64,000 nt of DNA from an uncultured Acidimicrobiia bacterium (GTDB lineage: Bacteria; Actinomycetota; Acidimicrobiia; Spongiisociales; JAENVV01). Below, one piece after another: positions 38,619 to 48,264 of this stretch; the stretch's first letter is position 1, and the number at the start of each line of letters is the position of its first letter. The stretch spans positions 922 through 64,921 of the forward strand of contig CBDTUI010000004.1 in assembly GCA_965363765.1 (NCBI GenBank). Reading direction: 5' to 3'. Under the pieces are notes generated by a model, which did no database searches, was not told where the DNA came from, and was given only the letters and a program-made list of their open reading frames with translations. The position numbers were made by a program, and so were the translations under genes.

Positions 38619-38671
38619 ATTGGGGTTTGGGGGTGGAACTGCAGGTCGAACCGGGCGCTACGATTCCGGGT

Positions 38672-40099
38672 ATGCAGCACACACACGAGTTTTACATCAA
38701 CGGTAAGTGGGTCGCCCCTTCAACTACTGCGACGCTGGAAGTCATCAACCCTTCTACCGAGGAGCCCATCACAACCATTGCGATGGGTGGGCCGGACGAC
38801 GTTGACGCGGCGGTAAGGGCAGCGAGAGCCGCTTTCGCGACGTTCGGCGAGACCAGCCGTGAGGAACGCCTGGAGCTGCTCGACTCGATCATCTTGGTGT
38901 ACAAGAGCCGCATGGACGACCTCATCTCGGCGGTGAGCGACGAAATGGGAGCTCCACATTCTCTGTCGTCACGCGCCCAGGTACCCTCGGGACTCAACCA
39001 CTTCAAGACCGTTCGGCGGGTTCTCGAATCCTACGAATTTGAAGAAGAGATCGGCACGACGCTCGTCGTGAAAGAGCCGGTCGGTGTCTGCGCACTGATC
39101 ACCCCGTGGAACTGGCCACTCAACCAGATTGCCACCAAGGTCGCTCCGGCACTGGCGGCCGGTTGCACAATGGTCCTCAAACCATCTGAGCTTTCCCCGT
39201 TGAACGCCATCATCTTCGCCGAGATTCTCGACGAAGCAGGAGTCCCGGCCGGAGTCTTCAATCTGATCCAGGGTGATGGACTCAATGTGGGCGTGCCGCT
39301 CACTTCGCATCCCGAGGTCGACATGGTTTCGTTCACCGGTTCCACACGGGCCGGGGTTGAGGTGGCAAAGAACGCCGCTCCAACCGTCAAGCGGGTCGCA
39401 CAGGAACTTGGTGGCAAGTCGGCCAATATCGTGCTCGACGACGCTGACCTCGAAGCCGTTATCGCTCGTGACGTGAAGGGAATGTGTCGCAACTCGGGTC
39501 AATCGTGCAATGCCGGCACCCGGATCCTCGTGCCACAGGACAGAATGGCCGAAGCTGCCGGGTACGCGAAAGCCGCCGCCGAGAACATTGTCGTCGGCCA
39601 TCCCGGCCACGAAGCCACGACGATCGGTCCGGTTGTATCGGAAGCTCAGTACAACAAGATCCAGGCGCTGATCGAAAAGGGGATCGACGAAGGCGCCGAG
39701 CTTGTTACCGGTGGCCCTGGTCGGGCCGAAGGCCACGATCGTGGCTACTTCATCAAACCGACAGTGTTTGCGAACGTCACGAACGATATGACCATCGCTC
39801 AGGAGGAGATCTTCGGGCCGGTCGTTTCGATTATCGGATACGCCAACGAAGCCGATGCCATTCGTATTGCGAATGACACTCAGTATGGCCTATCGGGCTA
39901 CGTGTCATCTGGCGACCAGGATCGTGCCCGACGAGTGGCTCGCCAGATTCGTACCGGCATGGTGCACGTAAACGGTGCCCTCGGCGACCCAAACGCCCCA
40001 TTCGGTGGATACAAACAATCCGGAAACGGACGTGAATGGGGCGAGCACGGCTTCGAGGAGTTCCTTGAGGTGAAGTCGATCTTTGGCGCCAACGCCTAG
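38672..40099 (+). CDS. Aldehyde dehydrogenase (NAD(P)+).
   Basis: ELGGKSANIV, catalytic Cys CNAGTRILV, GYFIKPTVF. Start chosen at MQHTHEFYINGKWV. Confidence 0.85.
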   Translation: MQHTHEFYINGKWVAPSTTATLEVINPSTEEPITTIAMGGPDDVDAAVRAARAAFATFGETSREERLELLDSIILVYKSRMDDLISAVSDEMGAPHSLSSRAQVPSGLNHFKTVRRVLESYEFEEEIGTTLVVKEPVGVCALITPWNWPLNQIATKVAPALAAGCTMVLKPSELSPLNAIIFAEILDEAGVPAGVFNLIQGDGLNVGVPLTSHPEVDMVSFTGSTRAGVEVAKNAAPTVKRVAQELGGKSANIVLDDADLEAVIARDVKGMCRNSGQSCNAGTRILVPQDRMAEAAGYAKAAAENIVVGHPGHEATTIGPVVSEAQYNKIQALIEKGIDEGAELVTGGPGRAEGHDRGYFIKPTVFANVTNDMTIAQEEIFGPVVSIIGYANEADAIRIANDTQYGLSGYVSSGDQDRARRVARQIRTGMVHVNGALGDPNAPFGGYKQSGNGREWGEHGFEEFLEVKSIFGANA

Positions 40100-40106
40100 A
40101 ACTGGC

Positions 40107-40598
40107 TCAGGCCTTCGCCTCTGCAAGTGACTTGATACCTTCAAGGACGGCCCGCATGTTGACAGCCTGTTCGGCATCGCGCGCCGCGATGATGTCTTCC
40201 TCGTTCTCCGGGTGTCGCTCGATAATCGAGGTGATACCGCTGGGCCCGGGGCCGAGTCGTCGGTGGAACTCCAGTCGAGTTCCTGCTGAGACCTCGGAGA
40301 GGCGATAGGTCCAAGTGGCGCCCGGATTCACCGGGTCCGAGACGGCCCAGCCAAACGCGTGGAGAGGTTCATATTCGACGACCCAAGACGTGGTGTCCCA
40401 CTCAAAGCCCTTGCGCTCGTTGTAGCCGACAAACTCAGCGCCAAGCCCCGGCCCGTCGGTTACCCACTCGGCGCGTTTGAACTCACTCTGAAACCTGGCT
40501 GGAAGACTGATGTCCGAAACGAGCTCCCACACGGTTTTCGGGGTAGCGGCGATTTCAACAGATACTTCGACTTCTGGCCCTTCAGCGAATCTCACCAT
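40107..40598 (-). CDS. SRPBCC-superfamily (polyketide-cyclase/START-like) protein.
   Basis: VWELVSDISLPARF...W.YEP pattern; about 160 aa. Confidence 0.5.
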   Translation of the reverse strand: MVRFAEGPEVEVSVEIAATPKTVWELVSDISLPARFQSEFKRAEWVTDGPGLGAEFVGYNERKGFEWDTTSWVVEYEPLHAFGWAVSDPVNPGATWTYRLSEVSAGTRLEFHRRLGPGPSGITSIIERHPENEEDIIAARDAEQAVNMRAVLEGIKSLAEAKA

Positions 40599-40686
40599 GT
40601 GGTCTCCTTGACAAGAATCAACCTAGACCAAAGAGCGGGAGTGCGACCGGAATCGGGTTCGACCGAGGCTGGCTAACGTTCCGGGA

Positions 40687-41304
40687 ATGCCCGGCGACGA
40701 GTACCTGACGATTCTGCGTCCGACTCACCACGAAATCGAAAAGATCAACGGCTCCAGATTCATCGCAAACGTCGGCCCGGTCGCCGACGAGCCAGCCGCC
40801 TTCTCATTCATCGACACCATCACCAAGCGCGAACCTGGCGCCACCCATCACTGCTGGGCTTATCGACTGTCGGATGGGCGAGAACGCAGTTTCGATGCCG
40901 GAGAACCGGGCGGCACGGCCGGAGCTCCTATCTTGCGACGTATCGTCGGGGCGAGGTTGCACAACGTAGTTGTGGTGGTCACTCGGTTCTACGGTGGCAC
41001 GAACCTCGGCAAGGGCGGACTGATACGAGCCTATGGACGAGCCGCCGCCGAAGCGCTTGCCCTCGCTCCCACCCTCAGCAAACCTATCCTCACCGAATGG
41101 CTGCTCGTCCACCCCTACAACCTGTCTGCGCCGGTCGCCGGGGTTATCACGGGCTTCAATGCAGAGACTCGTTCTTTCGAATACGGCGAGGTTGTCAAAG
41201 TCGTGGTGGCGGTACGAGCCAGTCAGGCAAACGAGTTCGCAGTGGCCATCGTCGACGCCACGTCTGGCATCGTGGTACCTCAGCCTCCGACGATGATCTC
41301 CTGA
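40687..41304 (+). CDS. YigZ/IMPACT (UPF0029) family protein.
   Basis: EIEKINGSRFIA...HHCWAYRL...DDGEPGGTAG motif. Confidence 0.65.
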   Translation: MPGDEYLTILRPTHHEIEKINGSRFIANVGPVADEPAAFSFIDTITKREPGATHHCWAYRLSDGRERSFDAGEPGGTAGAPILRRIVGARLHNVVVVVTRFYGGTNLGKGGLIRAYGRAAAEALALAPTLSKPILTEWLLVHPYNLSAPVAGVITGFNAETRSFEYGEVVKVVVAVRASQANEFAVAIVDATSGIVVPQPPTMIS

Positions 41305-42002
41305 ATAGAGCCAATGAGCCCATCGGCCAGGTCTTCAATCGGACTGGGATTGTCACGAGGCGCCACGGCCAGGATGCCTGCTGCTCCGGCATTCCGAGCC
41401 ACCCCGAGATCGGTAAACGAATCACCAACCATGAGCATCCGCCCAACCGGTACGCCAACCTTCTCACTGAGATAGATCAGGCCGGCCGGGTGAGGTTTAG
41501 GTCTCGCCGGACCATCACCACCGATAAACGCAGCCACCAGGTCAGCAATCTGGAGCTGATCGAGATGCCTGGCAATCGTTTGTTCGTCGTCGCTGGAGGC
41601 GACACACAGCACCAGATTCTTCTCCCGAAACCGTCGCATGGACGCAGCCACGTCTCCGATTGGGACGATGGGCAAGTTCGGTAGGGCGGCCGTGACTATT
41701 TCTCGGGCCGCCTCGATTCGCCGGTCGATGGTTCCTTCTCGGTCGCCAAGCGCTTGTCGCGTTGCGTACTCAATTTCTCGAAACGTTCCCGTTGCTGCCA
41801 CGCCCCCTGGAACCAAGAACCCTGCCGCATCGACCCCGAGAGACGCCCGCAGCTTCTCAACATCCTCGGGTGAGTCAGCAAGTGCGGCAATCCACGAATC
41901 GGTAACTGCAAGCCAGGTGCTGTCGAGGTCAATCAGGGTGCCGTCCTTGTCGAAAACGATGGCATCGACGTCGAACGTCGCTTGTCCGCCGGACACGATC
42001 AC
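41280..42002 (-). CDS. HAD-superfamily hydrolase. Probable GTG start; the ORF extends to 42179.
   Basis: DAIVFDKDGTLID (motif I), MVGDSFTDLGVARNAG (motif IV). Confidence 0.65.
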   Translation of the reverse strand: MIVSGGQATFDVDAIVFDKDGTLIDLDSTWLAVTDSWIAALADSPEDVEKLRASLGVDAAGFLVPGGVAATGTFREIEYATRQALGDREGTIDRRIEAAREIVTAALPNLPIVPIGDVAASMRRFREKNLVLCVASSDDEQTIARHLDQLQIADLVAAFIGGDGPARPKPHPAGLIYLSEKVGVPVGRMLMVGDSFTDLGVARNAGAAGILAVAPRDNPSPIEDLADGLIGSIQEIIVGG

Positions 42003-42263
42003 GCCACGTCTCCGAACCGCAACCCACCGTCCATGGCTACCACGCGCACCTCTCCACTTTGATCTCACTACTCGTATCGCTTCATCGAGCTTAGATCCAA
42101 CACCGCCTCGGTCGCTTGGCATCCGGCCCGGGTCGCTGCGACACGGAAAGAGAACGCAAAGGCTGATAGTGTCCCGCACCCATGCACCACCCGAACATGC
42201 CCCTCTTCATGGCCGATCATTCGGCGGCGAACACGAAGCGCGTTTCCCGAGGCCGGACAAGAT

Positions 42264-43901
42264 ATGACCTATGACTATGTGATCGTTGGTGGCGGTTCGG
42301 CGGGGTCGGCCCTGGCCAATCGACTCAGCGCGGATCCCAACCACCAGGTTCTCGTGCTGGAGGCAGGCCGCCCAGACCGCAAATGGGACATCTTCATTCA
42401 TATGCCAGGCGCCTTCTCCATTCCGATCGGCAACCGTTTCTACGATTGGAAGTACGAGTCGGAACCCGAGCCTGAGATGGGCGGACGCCGGGTTTACCAC
42501 GCTCGCGGCAAGGTGCTGGGGGGCTCGAGCAGCATCAACGGGATGATATTTCAGCGCGGGAACGCCATGGACTATGAGCGGTGGTCGGCCGACCCTGGCA
42601 TGGAAACGTGGGACTACGCCCATTGCCTTCCTTACTTCAAACGTATGGAAACCTGCCTCGCGGGTGGCGACGATTGGCGCGGCGATGATGGACCGCTTGC
42701 CATGGAACGAGGGCCGGCCGAGAACCCACTATTCGGAGCCTTCTTCGAAGCCGTCGAACAAGCCGGGTATCCACTCACCGACGACGTCAACGGTTACCGA
42801 CAGGAAGGGTTCGCCAAGTTCGACCGGAACATCCATCGTGGTCGACGCCTATCGGCAGCCCGGGCCTACTTACACCCCGTTATGGACCGACCGAACCTCA
42901 CCGTCGTCACCAGGGCGATGACGACCAAGATCCGGTTCGAGGGGACCACGGCCGTAGGCGTCGAATACACCAAACGCGGCAAGCAAAATTTCGCGGCCGC
43001 CCGGGAAGTCGTATGCGCAGCAGGGTCTATCAACACTCCGCAGTTGCTCCAGTTGTCCGGCGTCGGGAACGGCGCTGATCTCACCAACCTCGGCATCCCG
43101 GTAGTCGCCGACGTCCCCGGAGTTGGAGAAAACCTCCAGGATCATCTTGAGGTCTACGTCCAGTATGCCTGTACCCAACCGGTGTCGATGGCGCCCGCCC
43201 TTGACTGGTGGCGTCGACCGAAAATCGGTTTCGACTGGCTCTTCAGACGCAAGGGCGCTGCAGCAACCAACCACTTCGAAGCAGGCGGCTTCATCCGGTC
43301 AAACGACGAGGTCGAGTGGCCCAACCTGATGTTCCACTTCCTCCCGATCGCTATTCGATACGACGGGACGGTGCCAACCAAGGGACACGGCTATCAGGTG
43401 CACATTGGCCCGATGTTCTCGGACGCCCGTGGCTCAATCAAGATCAGATCAACCAACCCCAACGAGAAGCCCGCGCTGCGATTCAACTACCTGTCCACCG
43501 ATCAAGACCGCCGAGAATGGAAAGAGGCGATCCGAGCGGCCAGGACGATCATGACCCAGGAGGCGTTTGACCCCTTCAACGGCGGCGAGCTCTCACCCGG
43601 TCCGTCGGTATCCACCGACGAGGAGATCCTCGAATGGGTTCGCCATGACGCCGAAACCGCCCTGCACCCGTGCGGGACCGCCAAGATGGGCACCGGACCC
43701 GAAGCAGTGGTTGATCCGCTCACGATGAAGTTGCGAGGGGTCGAGGGCGTACGGGTCGTCGATGCGTCGGTCATGCCGTACGTCACGAACGGCAACATCT
43801 ATGCCCCCGTGATGATGATCGCCGAAAAGGCTGCCGACCTCATCCTCGGCAACGAGCCGCTTCCACCGTCTGATGCTGGCTTCTACCGCCACGAGACCTG
43901 A
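42264..43901 (+). CDS. GMC family oxidoreductase (choline dehydrogenase-like).
   Basis: [20 protein letters not shown]; conserved C-terminal HPCGTAKMG. Confidence 0.85.
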   Translation: MTYDYVIVGGGSAGSALANRLSADPNHQVLVLEAGRPDRKWDIFIHMPGAFSIPIGNRFYDWKYESEPEPEMGGRRVYHARGKVLGGSSSINGMIFQRGNAMDYERWSADPGMETWDYAHCLPYFKRMETCLAGGDDWRGDDGPLAMERGPAENPLFGAFFEAVEQAGYPLTDDVNGYRQEGFAKFDRNIHRGRRLSAARAYLHPVMDRPNLTVVTRAMTTKIRFEGTTAVGVEYTKRGKQNFAAAREVVCAAGSINTPQLLQLSGVGNGADLTNLGIPVVADVPGVGENLQDHLEVYVQYACTQPVSMAPALDWWRRPKIGFDWLFRRKGAAATNHFEAGGFIRSNDEVEWPNLMFHFLPIAIRYDGTVPTKGHGYQVHIGPMFSDARGSIKIRSTNPNEKPALRFNYLSTDQDRREWKEAIRAARTIMTQEAFDPFNGGELSPGPSVSTDEEILEWVRHDAETALHPCGTAKMGTGPEAVVDPLTMKLRGVEGVRVVDASVMPYVTNGNIYAPVMMIAEKAADLILGNEPLPPSDAGFYRHET

Positions 43902-43908
43902 GCCTCGG

Positions 43909-45339
43909 TCACCCGATGTCGATAACGAGAGTTTGCAGGTCGGTGAACTCCTCGATGGATCCGCGCCCCCATCCGGTGTCGGTACCAGCGGCACCGCCGA
44001 ATGGCTGAAACGTTTCCCAGAAATCGGTTGAGTCGTTGATAACCACAGTGCCGGACCGGATTCGATCGGCGTACCAGAACGCCTTCTGCAACGAGTCCGT
44101 GAACACAGCCGCTTGTAGCCCCAGGTTGGACCGGTTGGCGATCGCCACCGCTTCTTCGTCGCTCGCAGCTGACAAGATCGGCATCACCGGCCCGAAGGAC
44201 TCCTCCTTCGATACCTCACTCTGTTCTGGCACGCGGTCAATCACCGTGAACTCGTAGTAGAGATCTGTCGGGAACCCGCTGGCCCGACCACCCCCGACGA
44301 GCACTTCGGCTCCTTGGGCTTGGGCGTCGGCAATGTGCCGATCCATCTTGGCCGCGGTTGGTTCGTTGTTGAGTGGTCCCATGTTCGTCATTTCGTCGAA
44401 CGGGTCTCCGAGCTTCACAAGCTTGGCGGCTTCCAGGCTGGCTGCAACGAACTCATCATGAACCTCATCCACGACGATTACCCGCTCGGTGGCACAGCAC
44501 ACCTGTCCGGCGTTGTAATAGGTGCCATATACGGCCGCTTCGGCAGCCGCCGCCACGTCGGCGTCGGCGGTGACGATGGTTGGTCCATTCCCGGACATCT
44601 CCATGATGGAACGTTTGATTCCCATCTGGGAGATGATCCGGCGACCGGTTTCTGACGATCCGGTGAACCCCACTGCGTCGACCCCGTCGTGAGTGACGAG
44701 CGCCTCGCCGATTTCTACGGCTCCAGGGATAACGGACAACAAACCTTTAGGTACGCCCGCCGCGTCAAACGCCTCAGCCAGCTTGAGCAACCCCCAGGAG
44801 GTGTTAAACGGAGGCTTGGTGATGACAGCATTGCCGGTCGCTAGGCCGGGGGCTATGTATTCGAGCGGGATGGTGACCGGGAAGTTCCACGGTGTGATCG
44901 CCGCCCAAACACCCACTGGTCGCCGAAAGGTAAACATCCGCTTGCTGCGGGCCGATGTCGGGATCACCTCACCCATTAGACGCTTCACATCTTCGGCGGC
45001 GTTATAAAAGTACTGATTCGCTTCGGCAATGTCGTCGAGCGATTCCGAGTGGTACGGCTTTCCCTGCTCAAGAGTTTGGATCCGAGCGATTTCGGTGACG
45101 AGCGGTTCGATTTCGGCCGCAATCCGAAGGCAAAGGTCGGCACGTTCAAAGGCGGACCAATGCCGGAACTCGTCCTGGGCGACTCGAGCCGCCTTTATAG
45201 CCCTGTCGATGTCGGCCTGGCTGGCGACAGGAACGTTTCCGATGTGTTCTCCGGTGACCGGCGACACGAGTTCGTAGTGCTCGCCACTGGTTCCTTCCAC
45301 CCACTCGCCTGCGATATAGAGCTTGAGATCTTCCACCAC
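43909..45339 (-). CDS. Aldehyde dehydrogenase family protein.
   Basis: EMSGNGPTIV, catalytic Cys CCATERVIV. Confidence 0.8.
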   Translation of the reverse strand: MVEDLKLYIAGEWVEGTSGEHYELVSPVTGEHIGNVPVASQADIDRAIKAARVAQDEFRHWSAFERADLCLRIAAEIEPLVTEIARIQTLEQGKPYHSESLDDIAEANQYFYNAAEDVKRLMGEVIPTSARSKRMFTFRRPVGVWAAITPWNFPVTIPLEYIAPGLATGNAVITKPPFNTSWGLLKLAEAFDAAGVPKGLLSVIPGAVEIGEALVTHDGVDAVGFTGSSETGRRIISQMGIKRSIMEMSGNGPTIVTADADVAAAAEAAVYGTYYNAGQVCCATERVIVVDEVHDEFVAASLEAAKLVKLGDPFDEMTNMGPLNNEPTAAKMDRHIADAQAQGAEVLVGGGRASGFPTDLYYEFTVIDRVPEQSEVSKEESFGPVMPILSAASDEEAVAIANRSNLGLQAAVFTDSLQKAFWYADRIRSGTVVINDSTDFWETFQPFGGAAGTDTGWGRGSIEEFTDLQTLVIDIG

Positions 45340-45428
45340 CAGCCACTACCTCCTCAAAAATCTCAGCGTACAGTTCGCGCCCGACTCGACAAATCTACCT
45401 CGGCCGACAATCACCTACTCTGTGCCCG

Positions 45429-46310
45429 ATGCGGGTTCGTACGGGCATCACGTTGGCAATCGTTGCCGCCACCATGTGGGGATTGGCAGGTGTGCTGGCT
45501 GCGGCCGTGTTCGCCGAGATTTCAGTCGTTCGAGTCGCTCAGGTACGGGCCTTGGCTGGGACCGTGGCCTTTCTGCCGTACGTGTTGTGGAAGCGCGAGT
45601 TTCCTGCACGAAAAGTGTGGCCGCTGGTCGTGGCCTTCGGAGTATCTCTCGCCACCGTGACCTACTCGTTCTATCTGGCGATCGATCTCATCGGGGTCGG
45701 GCCAGGCGCCACGATTCAATTCATTGCCCCGATCTATCTGCTCGCATGGAATCGCTGGGTGCGCGGTGACGCGGTTACCTCCATTGCTTGGGTCGCCGCC
45801 GGGGCAGCCCTGGTTGGGGTCTCGCTGATTGCCCAGGCATGGAGCGGGACGGCTCTCAACCTGCCGGGCCTCGCAGCCGGACTGGTCTCCTCGGTAGCGT
45901 TCGCTTTCTACCTGGCCCTTGCCGAAAGGCTGAGCAAGGATCTCAGCTCATATGCGATCATGGCGTATGGGTTTGGAATCGCGGCCATCATCTGGCTGAT
46001 CGCGGTTCCCATTTGGACGTTTCCAACCGATATTTCTTCAACGGGTTGGTGGCAACTAGCCGCGGTGGTAATGGTCGGAACCATCGTGCCGTTCGCTCTC
46101 GAAATCAAGGCCCTCGGAATGGCGCCCGCCCCGCTCATCGGCCTAACCGCAACCTGGGAGCCACTAGTGGCCACGGTTCTGGCGTGGATCTACCTTGCCC
46201 AGCAGCTCAGTCTCGGCCAGATAGCGGGGGGCCTCCTAATTTTGGTGGCGATTTCGCTGATTCAAATCAGCGCCGGCGACCACACACCTGACCTCATTCC
46301 GGCCGTCTGA
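45429..46310 (+). CDS. DMT (EamA-like) family transporter.
   Basis: 10 predicted TM segments in two repeated halves. Confidence 0.6.
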   Translation: MRVRTGITLAIVAATMWGLAGVLAAAVFAEISVVRVAQVRALAGTVAFLPYVLWKREFPARKVWPLVVAFGVSLATVTYSFYLAIDLIGVGPGATIQFIAPIYLLAWNRWVRGDAVTSIAWVAAGAALVGVSLIAQAWSGTALNLPGLAAGLVSSVAFAFYLALAERLSKDLSSYAIMAYGFGIAAIIWLIAVPIWTFPTDISSTGWWQLAAVVMVGTIVPFALEIKALGMAPAPLIGLTATWEPLVATVLAWIYLAQQLSLGQIAGGLLILVAISLIQISAGDHTPDLIPAV

Positions 46311-46346
46311 TGAAATCCGCCTGAAGCACTGCTTAATTGACGGTCA

Positions 46347-47342
46347 GTGCGTGCCGATACACCAGGTATGCAAACTGCGCCGCCCGCCGTCCCGACTGCG
46401 TCCGCTGGAGCTCCCCTGGGGTCCCAGGTCGCCTCGGATCTGTTCGCCAACCTCTCCAAGGTTATCCGCGGAAAGCCCACCGAACTGCGCCTGATCATCG
46501 CCACGCTGTTGTCCGGCGGTCACATCCTCGTCGAGGACGTCCCCGGAGTAGGCAAGACACTGCTGGCCAAGTCGTTGGCGGCGTCCGTTGGAGGAACGTT
46601 CCGGCGCGTCCAGGGAACCCCCGACTTGCTGCCGGCCGACCTCACTGGCGTCGCCATATATCGCAGATCGACCGAGTCATGGCACTTTCGGCCGGGCCCT
46701 CTATTCGCGAACGTGGTGATCGTCGACGAAATCAACCGGGCCACGCCGCGTACCCAGGCGGCTCTCCTCGAAGCAATGGAAGAGCGACAGGTCTCCGTCG
46801 ATGGAACCACCCACAAACTTCCTGAGCCTTTCTTCCTCGTCGCGACACAGAATCCCTTTGAACACGCCGGAACCTTTCCGCTCGTCGAAGGGCAACTCGA
46901 CCGATTCAGCGCCATCTTCGAGATGGGCCTTCCCGACCGCGAAACCGAACGAGGGCTGCTGATGGGCGATGGAGGCACCGGCCAACTCGCCGACCTTCAA
47001 GCCGTGGTGACCCCGGAGCATCTAGCCAAGGCAATCAAAGAAGTGCGCAGCCTCCATTGCAGCGAGTCAGTCATCAACTACATCCTCGATATCGTCTCGG
47101 CCACCCGACAACATCCGGAGATCTCCCTGGGAGCTTCTCCTCGAGCCAGCCTCGGCATGCTGGCCGTCGCTCGTGGCCACGCCACGACCGTCGGACAGCG
47201 CTTCGTCACCCCCGACGACGTGAAGGCTGTGGCCAGCCCGGTCCTATCTCATCGGATCATCTTGTCAGGGGGAACCGACGTCACGGCCGCACGGTCCATC
47301 ATGGACGATCTGCTGCGTTCGGTTCCCGTTCCGCGTGGCTAG
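46347..47342 (+). CDS. MoxR-family AAA+ ATPase.
   Basis: Walker A EDVPGVGKTL, Walker B VVIVDEINRA, ATQNP sensor. Confidence 0.9.
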   Translation: MRADTPGMQTAPPAVPTASAGAPLGSQVASDLFANLSKVIRGKPTELRLIIATLLSGGHILVEDVPGVGKTLLAKSLAASVGGTFRRVQGTPDLLPADLTGVAIYRRSTESWHFRPGPLFANVVIVDEINRATPRTQAALLEAMEERQVSVDGTTHKLPEPFFLVATQNPFEHAGTFPLVEGQLDRFSAIFEMGLPDRETERGLLMGDGGTGQLADLQAVVTPEHLAKAIKEVRSLHCSESVINYILDIVSATRQHPEISLGASPRASLGMLAVARGHATTVGQRFVTPDDVKAVASPVLSHRIILSGGTDVTAARSIMDDLLRSVPVPRG

Positions 47343-48264
47343 CCCCAGGGTCCGAATCCGGGCCACGCGGGGTGTCTACACGATCGGGGCATTATCCCTT
47401 GCCTTCCTGGTCGCATCACGGACTACAGGTGCCGGGTGGTTGACAGTTCTCCTGGCGATCTCACTTGGCCTGCTGGCAGTCGGAGTGCTGGGGCCGTGGA
47501 TGGCCAGTCGTCGGATGACATTGACAGCCGAGGCTCCTGACGATGCCGTGGCCGGACGTCCCTTTCAAGTCGGCTTGACGTTAACTGGCCAACCTCAATT
47601 CACCAGAGTTCGTCTGCTCAAGCCAGATTCCGAGTGGATTGGCGCAGCGGTTCCCGCCGAGGGCAGCATCAGGGCGGTTGCGCAGCGACGCGGCCTCATC
47701 AGGACAATCACGGCCGAGTTGTCTACGGCATCCCCGATCGGATTGGTCTGGGTAACGCGGCAGGTCGCGGTGCCGCTCGCCACCCCGGTCGCCGTAGCTC
47801 CCCGCGTCGAATCAGTGGCGTTGGCCACAGTGACATCGAGCCCAGCCACCGGATCTGAGGCGGTCGGCCGCCGTACCGGAAGTGGGGAAACCGTGAGATC
47901 AATTCGCGACTACCAGCAGGGCGACTCTCTACGCATGATCCACTGGCCAGCCACCGCCCGCATGAACCAACCGGTCGTCAAAGAACTGGAGTCTCCCGAC
48001 GCCCCTCACCTCGTTGTGCGCTTAGACCTCAACTGCCCCCCGGACGAAGCCGACCGGCGAGCCAGCCTGGCCTACGGCCACATTCAAAAGGGTCTCACGG
48101 CTGGCGTGCCCGTTCGCCTGCTGACGGCTGAGCAGAGTGGGCCACATGCCGGGGCAGTGGGATCGATGCTCGAGGCGGGCCGACGACTCGCCTATGCCAC
48201 TAACGGTGTTCCGGCCAGTCTCCCTGAGGCCGAGCGCGACATCACGATTGTGCATGTGCCATGA
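47335..48264 (+). CDS. DUF58 domain protein (vWA-like partner of MoxR).
   Basis: Conserved REYQQGD-like block RDYQQGDSLRMIHW; follows MoxR with a 4-bp overlap. Confidence 0.75.
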   Translation: MASPRVRIRATRGVYTIGALSLAFLVASRTTGAGWLTVLLAISLGLLAVGVLGPWMASRRMTLTAEAPDDAVAGRPFQVGLTLTGQPQFTRVRLLKPDSEWIGAAVPAEGSIRAVAQRRGLIRTITAELSTASPIGLVWVTRQVAVPLATPVAVAPRVESVALATVTSSPATGSEAVGRRTGSGETVRSIRDYQQGDSLRMIHWPATARMNQPVVKELESPDAPHLVVRLDLNCPPDEADRRASLAYGHIQKGLTAGVPVRLLTAEQSGPHAGAVGSMLEAGRRLAYATNGVPASLPEAERDITIVHVP

